A DNA stretch of 64,000 nt. Origin: a virus. Lineage: Duplodnaviria; Caudoviricetes. The notes below the pieces were generated by a model. It searched no databases. It was given only the letters and a program-made list of their open reading frames with translations, and was not told the DNA's origin. The translations under genes and the position numbers were made by a program. The DNA is taken from positions 90,403-154,402 of IMG/VR virus record IMGVR_UViG_3300028591_000101; one strand, written 5' to 3'. Positions 59,972-64,000 of this stretch are shown one piece after another (the stretch's first letter is position 1; the number at the start of each line of letters is the position of its first letter).

Positions 59972-60126
59972 ACTGAAAGAATACCTTTGGAATGAGTGGA
60001 GGTATAACGTACATAAGAGATTTCTTAAGTACTTTGACGAGTGGTACGAGAATTTGACTGATAATCAAGTACTTTACTTCACTGCCTACATGAAAGGATT
60101 AAAAAGTCCATTCCAAGGTTAAAGTT

Positions 60127-60142
60127 TGGCACGGTTTTTGAT
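60127..60142 (+). promoter_or_regulatory. sigma54-type -24/-12 box
   Basis: TGGCACG-gttt-TTGAT. Confidence 0.55.
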
Positions 60143-60154
60143 AATACAGGCAAT

Positions 60155-60391
60155 ATGACAGACAATGAACAAAAAATAGAAGCAATTTATGTTGCAACCT
60201 TGATGATTAGGAAGATGATTGAAAGGGGAGAATGTGAATTGTTTTTTGAAGACGGAACAAAGGTTAAGCCGGAAGAGTATTTCTGGGACGAATCACAGTT
60301 CCCCATTGAAGTTGTCATTAACGGAAAAAGAACGGAAGTTAAAAAAGAAGAAATAGACATGAAAGAGTTTAAACGAAAATACAATCTTTAG
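60155..60391 (+). CDS. Hypothetical protein
   Basis: 78 aa directly after promoter box. Confidence 0.6.
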   Translation: MTDNEQKIEAIYVATLMIRKMIERGECELFFEDGTKVKPEEYFWDESQFPIEVVINGKRTEVKKEEIDMKEFKRKYNL

Positions 60392-60476
60392 CCCTCCAAG
60401 ATACGAGGGCTAAGAAAGAAAATGGAGCCTGCCGGTTACAGGTAATAAATTAAGCTGGCAAATAGGTTCTTGGAAA

Positions 60477-60551
60477 GCCCTTGTAGCTGAATTGGTTAAA
60501 GCTCCACCCTTTTAAGGTGCGTGATTGTGGGTTCGAGTCCCACCGGGGGCA
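60477..60551 (+). tRNA. tRNA-Lys(UUU)
   Basis: Loop ctTTTaa. Confidence 0.85.
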
Positions 60552-60558
60552 CAAATAT

Positions 60559-60635
60559 GGTCTTGTGGCAGAATGGTTGATGCACCTGCCTCTTAAGCAG
60601 CGACGATGTGGGTTCGAATCCCACCGGGACCACCA
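60559..60635 (+). tRNA. tRNA-Lys(CUU)
   Basis: Loop ctCTTaa; encoded CCA. Confidence 0.85.
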
Positions 60636-60653
60636 AAGTTGTTTGAAATATTT

Positions 60654-60728
60654 CGGGACATCATCTAAACGGTGTTAGGATACTACTCTGATACGGTAGC
60701 AATGAAAGTTCGAATCTTTCTGTCCCGA
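60654..60728 (+). tRNA. tRNA-Ile(GAU)
   Basis: CTACT-ctGATac-GGTAG. Confidence 0.75.
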
Positions 60729-60747
60729 CAAGTTATTTGAAATACAT

Positions 60748-60837
60748 GGGAGAGTATCGTCGGCGGTCTGTAAAACCGTTCCCTTTAATAGTGACGTACT
60801 GGCTTAGGGTAAGTGGGTTCGAATCCCTCCTCTCCCA
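60748..60837 (+). ncRNA. D-arm-less tRNA-Tyr(GUA)-like RNA with enlarged variable arm
   Basis: GGGAGAG/CTCTCCC-A; GCGGT-ctGTAaa-ACCGT; only 8 nt between acceptor and anticodon stems. Confidence 0.65.
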
Positions 60838-60842
60838 CAAAC

Positions 60843-60914
60843 GGGCATTTGGTCCAATGGTTAGGATACGTGACTGTCTATCATGTGGTAGGGGTTCGAT
60901 TCCCCTATTGCCCG
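60843..60914 (+). tRNA. tRNA-Asp(GUC)
   Basis: Loop ctGTCta; G73. Confidence 0.85.
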
Positions 60915-60935
60915 CAAGTTCATTGAAAATTAAAA

Positions 60936-61195
60936 AATCTTGACTTTTCCCACGGGCACTGGAGCTCGGTCCATACGTAGGTTTAGGGAATGACACAGGA
61001 TGACAAAGAGTGCTACCAAGTATAAAATTGCCGCGATGCATGCTCGTGTTAAATGGTAGACAGGAACAACGGTAGTGCGGTGCCTTAATATCCTTTAAAG
61101 ATACTGTCGGTTCGAAACGGCAGCGAGGTGGCGAAAACGGACGCAATCCGCCTTGAGAGGTGCAAATCTAAGGTAAGCCTATCCTAGTCAAGATT
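60936..61195 (+). ncRNA. ~260-nt structured ncRNA candidate
   Basis: 10-bp AATCTTGACT/AGTCAAGATT closing stem; GC-richer than spacers; no credible ORF. Confidence 0.55.
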
Positions 61196-61209
61196 AGTGT
61201 TATTGGATT

Positions 61210-61384
61210 GACCTTGTAGCTCAGTTGGTAGAGCACGACACTTTATAAGGGGTGGTTCACCGTAACGAACCAAACCGTTAGAATTCGAGCAGTGGAAAAC
61301 ACTTGGGAAACAGGTGAGGCACGGGTGCAAGTCCCGTTAACGGTTCTAATGTCGGGGTCGCGGGTTCGAGCCCCGCCGGGGTCA
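61210..61384 (+). tRNA. tRNA-Lys(UUU)-like gene interrupted in the anticodon by ~102-nt insert
   Basis: Canonical 5' half to CGACA-CTTT and 3' half TAA-TGTCG...GGTTCGAGCCC...GGTCA. Confidence 0.7.
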
Positions 61385-61406
61385 CAAGTTCATTGGAATA
61401 TAAATT

Positions 61407-61540
61407 AAAGGTACAACAAGACTACGGACAAGCATAAAGACCGGTCTGAGTCCGTTTCCAAAGGATATAGAACTATCCATAAACTTTGGCTCCGTTTTCG
61501 CGAGCGACCAAACTGGTGATAGGAAATGTTGAGTGCCTTT
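61407..61540 (+). ncRNA. Multi-hairpin ncRNA candidate
   Basis: AAAGGTAC/GTGCCTTT and CAACA/TGTTG closing stems, four internal hairpins. Confidence 0.5.
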
Positions 61541-61547
61541 TTAATAT

Positions 61548-61624
61548 GCTGGGTTAATCTGCTAGTTGGTCGAGGCGGGGTGCCTTTCAAGCATCCGACT
61601 CCGGTTCGAATCCGGAACCCAGTA
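61548..61624 (+). tRNA. tRNA-Glu(UUC), atypical D-arm
   Basis: GGTGC-ctTTCaa-GCATC. Confidence 0.7.
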
Positions 61625-61641
61625 CAAGTTCATTGAAATAT

Positions 61642-61714
61642 GCTCCTATCTGCTAATGGTTCAGGCGACCGGATTCTCAGTCCGGGGATTCGGGTTCGAC
61701 TCCCGATAGGAGTA
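61642..61714 (+). tRNA. tRNA-Glu(CUC)
   Basis: CCGGA-ttCTCag-TCCGG. Confidence 0.85.
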
Positions 61715-61721
61715 CAAAAAT

Positions 61722-61795
61722 GGGCTCGCATGTACCAAGGCTGGCGATGTTCCCTTGCAAGGAACGTGTGGAGAGTTCGATTCTCTTCGGGTCCA
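61722..61795 (+). tRNA. tRNA-Ala(UGC)
   Basis: Loop ctTGCaa; G3:U70; weak D-stem. Confidence 0.75.
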
Positions 61796-61796
61796 C

Positions 61797-61869
61797 AGCG
61801 GTATCGTACAAAGGTTGAGTATGGGTGGCTTTGACCCACCAGATATCGGTTCGACTCCGGTTACCGCCA
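61797..61869 (+). tRNA. tRNA-Gln(UUG)
   Basis: GGTGG-ctTTGac-CCACC; 1:72 mismatch. Confidence 0.8.
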
Positions 61870-61873
61870 CAAT

Positions 61874-61945
61874 GCTCTCTTAGTATAAAGGCTATTATAG
61901 CTGTTTCGTAATCAGCAGATATTGGTTCGATTCCGATAGGGAGCT
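61874..61945 (+). tRNA. tRNA-Thr(CGU)
   Basis: Loop ttCGTaa. Confidence 0.85.
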
Positions 61946-61956
61946 CAGAAATATAA

Positions 61957-62037
61957 CGGGAAGTACGCTAATTGGCCTTTTTGTAAGCGGCCTGGTCAGG
62001 AGCCAGGGAGATGCAGGTTCGAATCCTGTCTTCCCGA
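61957..62037 (+). tRNA. tRNA-Pro(AGG), C33/A34, enlarged D-loop
   Basis: CCTGG-tcAGGag-CCAGG; C1:G72, A73. Confidence 0.7.
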
Positions 62038-62044
62038 CAAATAT

Positions 62045-62128
62045 GTTTGGTTGGCCGAGTGGCTTAAGGCAGCACACTGTTAATGTGCCGTGTGAAGAAC
62101 ACCGTAGGTTCGAATCCTGCACCAAACG
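62045..62128 (+). tRNA. tRNA with Asn(GUU) anticodon and long variable arm
   Basis: GCACA-ctGTTaa-TGTGC then GTGT-gaaga-ACAC arm; G73. Confidence 0.75.
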
Positions 62129-62135
62129 CAACAAT

Positions 62136-62209
62136 GGGGATGTGGCGCAACGGTTTAGCGCAATTGACTGTTAATCAAGAGGTTGTGGGTTCGAATCCCT
62201 CCATCCCCG
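62136..62209 (+). tRNA. tRNA-Asn(GUU)
   Basis: Loop ctGTTaa; G73. Confidence 0.9.
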
Positions 62210-62222
62210 CAAAATTTAAGAT

Positions 62223-62305
62223 GGGTAGGTATGTGAAGTGGTCAACCACATTTGACTGTAAATCAAACGCCTCAGGCTTCGGGGGTTCGAATCCCTCCCT
62301 GCCCA
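62223..62305 (+). tRNA. tRNA-Tyr(GUA)
   Basis: TTTGA-ctGTAaa-TCAAA with variable arm. Confidence 0.9.
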
Positions 62306-62308
62306 CTA

Positions 62309-62495
62309 GGAAGCACTGAAAGGAGATTGCAAGTCCCTGCAGGTGTAACTTGCTGAGGGGTTGAATAACAGAGTGGTCGCTCCCTCTGTTAACCTCAAAA
62401 GGAGCGGTTTTTAATCGGAGACATTTTCCCGCTTCGGCACTATAACCACGTGGGCCCAAACAAAGATAAATGAATCAAGTTTTTCTGTGTCTTCC
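62309..62495 (+). ncRNA. ~190-nt pseudoknotted ncRNA candidate
   Basis: GGAAGCAC/GTGTCTTCC ends; TAACAGAG/CTCTGTTA hairpin whose loop CGCTCC matches downstream GGAGCG. Confidence 0.5.
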
Positions 62496-62510
62496 AAACA
62501 GTTTTATTAT

Positions 62511-62585
62511 GCTCCTATGGTGTTTAACGGCTGAGCACGGGACCCTTGTAAAGTTCAAGTACTGGTTCGAATCCGGTTAGGAGCT
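62511..62585 (+). tRNA. tRNA-Thr(UGU)
   Basis: Loop ctTGTaa. Confidence 0.8.
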
Positions 62586-62591
62586 CAAAAT

Positions 62592-62669
62592 ACCGGAGAC
62601 GTTGGTTAAAATCCAACCTTGAAGCCCGTATGCGTATCGGGGAGTAGCTTAGTCAGGCAGAGCGCCGGT
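62592..62669 (+). ncRNA. Circularly permuted tRNA-like RNA (T-arm, closed acceptor, D-arm)
   Basis: ACCGG-agac-GTTGG-ttaaaat-CCAAC...CGGGGAG-TA-GCTT-agtcaggc-AGAGC-G-CCGGT. Confidence 0.65.
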
Positions 62670-62674
62670 TTTAT

Positions 62675-62749
62675 GCCCTCGTAGCCCAACTGGAAGAGGC
62701 TTTACGTTCAGACCGTATTTATGTGTGGGTTCGAATCCCACTGGGGGTA
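62675..62749 (+). tRNA. tRNA-Leu(CAG), short variable loop
   Basis: Loop ttCAGac; A73. Confidence 0.75.
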
Positions 62750-62751
62750 CA

Positions 62752-62886
62752 AACAGGTAGAATCCACGTTAGTTCGGGATTCTTTAAATCGGAGGAAGGT
62801 GCTAGGCTAAACAAAGCCCTGACAGACGTCGCAGAACGCTATTTAGCTGAAAGCCTGAAAGTAACGGATACGCCGATGAGCCTGTT
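62752..62886 (+). ncRNA. Structured ncRNA candidate
   Basis: AACAGG/CCTGTT ends; AGAATCC/GGATTCT; ATCGG/CCGAT. Confidence 0.45.
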
Positions 62887-62890
62887 AAAT

Positions 62891-62966
62891 GCCTCCGTAG
62901 CCCAACTGGAAGATGGCGTAGGACTTAAAATCCTTTCAGTGCTGGGTTCGAATCCCGCCGGAGGTA
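62891..62966 (+). tRNA. tRNA-Leu(UAA), short variable loop
   Basis: Loop ctTAAaa; A73. Confidence 0.8.
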
Positions 62967-62975
62967 CAAAAATAT

Positions 62976-63053
62976 GCCCTTGTAGCCCAACTGGAAGATG
63001 GCAATAGGCCAAGGACCTATACAGTGTGAGTTCGAATCTCACCAAGGGTACCA
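62976..63053 (+). tRNA. tRNA-Leu(AAG), C33/A34, short variable loop
   Basis: ATAGG-ccAAGga-CCTAT; encoded CCA. Confidence 0.75.
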
Positions 63054-63155
63054 AGCTCTTTGAAATAAAAATTTTATCAAAAAATGGTAGTATAAAATAC
63101 TATAACGCCTCTACTTTTTGTGGGTACGAAACTATTTATATGTAAAAGTATAAAT

Positions 63156-63875
63156 ATGAAACGTTACAATCACACAGAAAATGATTATCGAGAAGCAGCT
63201 AAAAATTCCCACAGTATAGCTGGAATGTGCAAATATTTAGGCCGTTCGCCATACGGGGCCGGATATTATATGATGCACAAAAAAATAGAAGAATATGGGA
63301 TAGACATTTCTCATTTTACCGGACAAGGTTGGAATTTAGATGGAAAAAATTTAAATAAAGGAGTAAAACGCTCAGATGAGGATGTGTTTTGTGAAAATTC
63401 AACATATAACACAAGTCAGTTACGAAAAAGGTTAATTTCTGCCGGGTATAAGATTGAAATGTGCGAAAAATGCGGTCGCATCGAGTGGGAAGGTCAAAAG
63501 ATACCATTAGAAACGCACCACATAAATGGAATACATAACGATAATAGACTTGAAAATTTAATGCTGCTCTGTCCAAATTGTCACGCATTAACTGATAACT
63601 ACTGTTCAAAAAATAAAAAGAAAAAAAAGAAAGTAAAAGTAATGAGCCCGGTCGGTGTTGAAAAGGTTTGTCCGATATGCGGTAAAAAATTTTTTGCAAA
63701 AAATAGAAATCAAAAATATTGTTCGCAAAAATGTTATCATAGTACAACCAACAAGAGGCCGGAAAGGGACATTTTGGAAAAGTTAGTAACAGAAAACACG
63801 AATACAAAAATAGGAAAAATGTATGGCGTAAGTGAAAGTATGGTTAGAAAATGGAGGAAAATGTACGATATTTGA
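63156..63875 (+). CDS. HNH homing-endonuclease-like protein
   Basis: CEKCG...LETHHINGIHNDNRLENLMLLCPNCH; C-terminal HTH. Confidence 0.85.
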   Translation: MKRYNHTENDYREAAKNSHSIAGMCKYLGRSPYGAGYYMMHKKIEEYGIDISHFTGQGWNLDGKNLNKGVKRSDEDVFCENSTYNTSQLRKRLISAGYKIEMCEKCGRIEWEGQKIPLETHHINGIHNDNRLENLMLLCPNCHALTDNYCSKNKKKKKKVKVMSPVGVEKVCPICGKKFFAKNRNQKYCSQKCYHSTTNKRPERDILEKLVTENTNTKIGKMYGVSESMVRKWRKMYDI

Positions 63876-63877
63876 AT

Positions 63878-63952
63878 GGCCCGGTAGCCCAATCGGAAGA
63901 TGGCAACAGATTCAAGCTCTGTGTAGTGAGGGTTCGAATCCCTCCCGGGCTA
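63878..63952 (+). tRNA. tRNA-Leu(CAA), short variable loop
   Basis: ACAGA-ttCAAgc-TCTGT; A73. Confidence 0.8.
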
Positions 63953-63958
63953 CAAGTT

Positions 63959-63974
63959 TGGCACGATATTTGTA
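63959..63974 (+). promoter_or_regulatory. sigma54-type -24/-12 box
   Basis: TGGCACG-atat-TTGTA. Confidence 0.6.
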
Positions 63975-64000
63975 GAATACTACCGTGGGTGGCGCTCTGT

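Noticed and set aside
60424-60470. Twister or HDV-like (theta) ribozyme in the GAGCCT-GCCGGTTAC...GCTGGC...AGGTTC hairpin
   Set aside because: Required pseudoknot partners and strand order are not present; only a simple stem-loop is supported
61245-61346. Group I or II intron in the tRNA
   Set aside because: Only ~102 nt, no P7 core or terminal G, no domain V
62436-62450. 23S helix 69 mimic (ACTATAAC)
   Set aside because: Only 8 nt match and the flanking stem does not fit
57722-63054. Short ORF-track entries across the RNA array and antisense ORFs within long genes
   Set aside because: They overlap tRNAs/ncRNAs or are shadows of real genes, with no recognisable protein features
1-64000. 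Stop-codon reassignment (TAG to Gln as in some gut jumbo phages)
   Set aside because: Very long ORFs are intact in code 11, several genes end at TAG right before the next gene, and no CUA-anticodon tRNA was found

Overview
Segment of a large (jumbo) tailed-phage genome, standard genetic code, probably infecting Bacteroidota (BACON domains, SD-less AT-rich starts, Bacteroidota-like rRNA/tRNA signatures; inference). 1-25.4 kb: baseplate/tail structural operon ending in Ig/BACON adhesin-like proteins. 25.5-44.8 kb: ACP, RfbA/RmlA, kinase, adenine methyltransferase, RuvC-like resolvase, SbcC/gp46 ATPase, sigma-70-family factor, two zinc-repeat endonucleases, probable head-internal proteins and a putative holin. 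44.8-54.4 kb: two paralogous tail-fibre-like genes and a BspA-type LRR protein. 55.5-64 kb: small genes behind repeated sigma-54-type (-24/-12) boxes, a possible leader-peptide attenuator, then an RNA array. The array holds 25 readable tRNAs, boxA-like repeats and about ten unusual RNAs. These include a stand-alone copy of the 23S rRNA L11-binding/GTPase-associated centre, a tRNA-Lys interrupted in its anticodon by a nested tRNA-like element, a circularly permuted tRNA-like RNA, a D-arm-less tRNA-Tyr and a type-II tRNA with an Asn anticodon. All RNA folds were read by eye and no searches were run.
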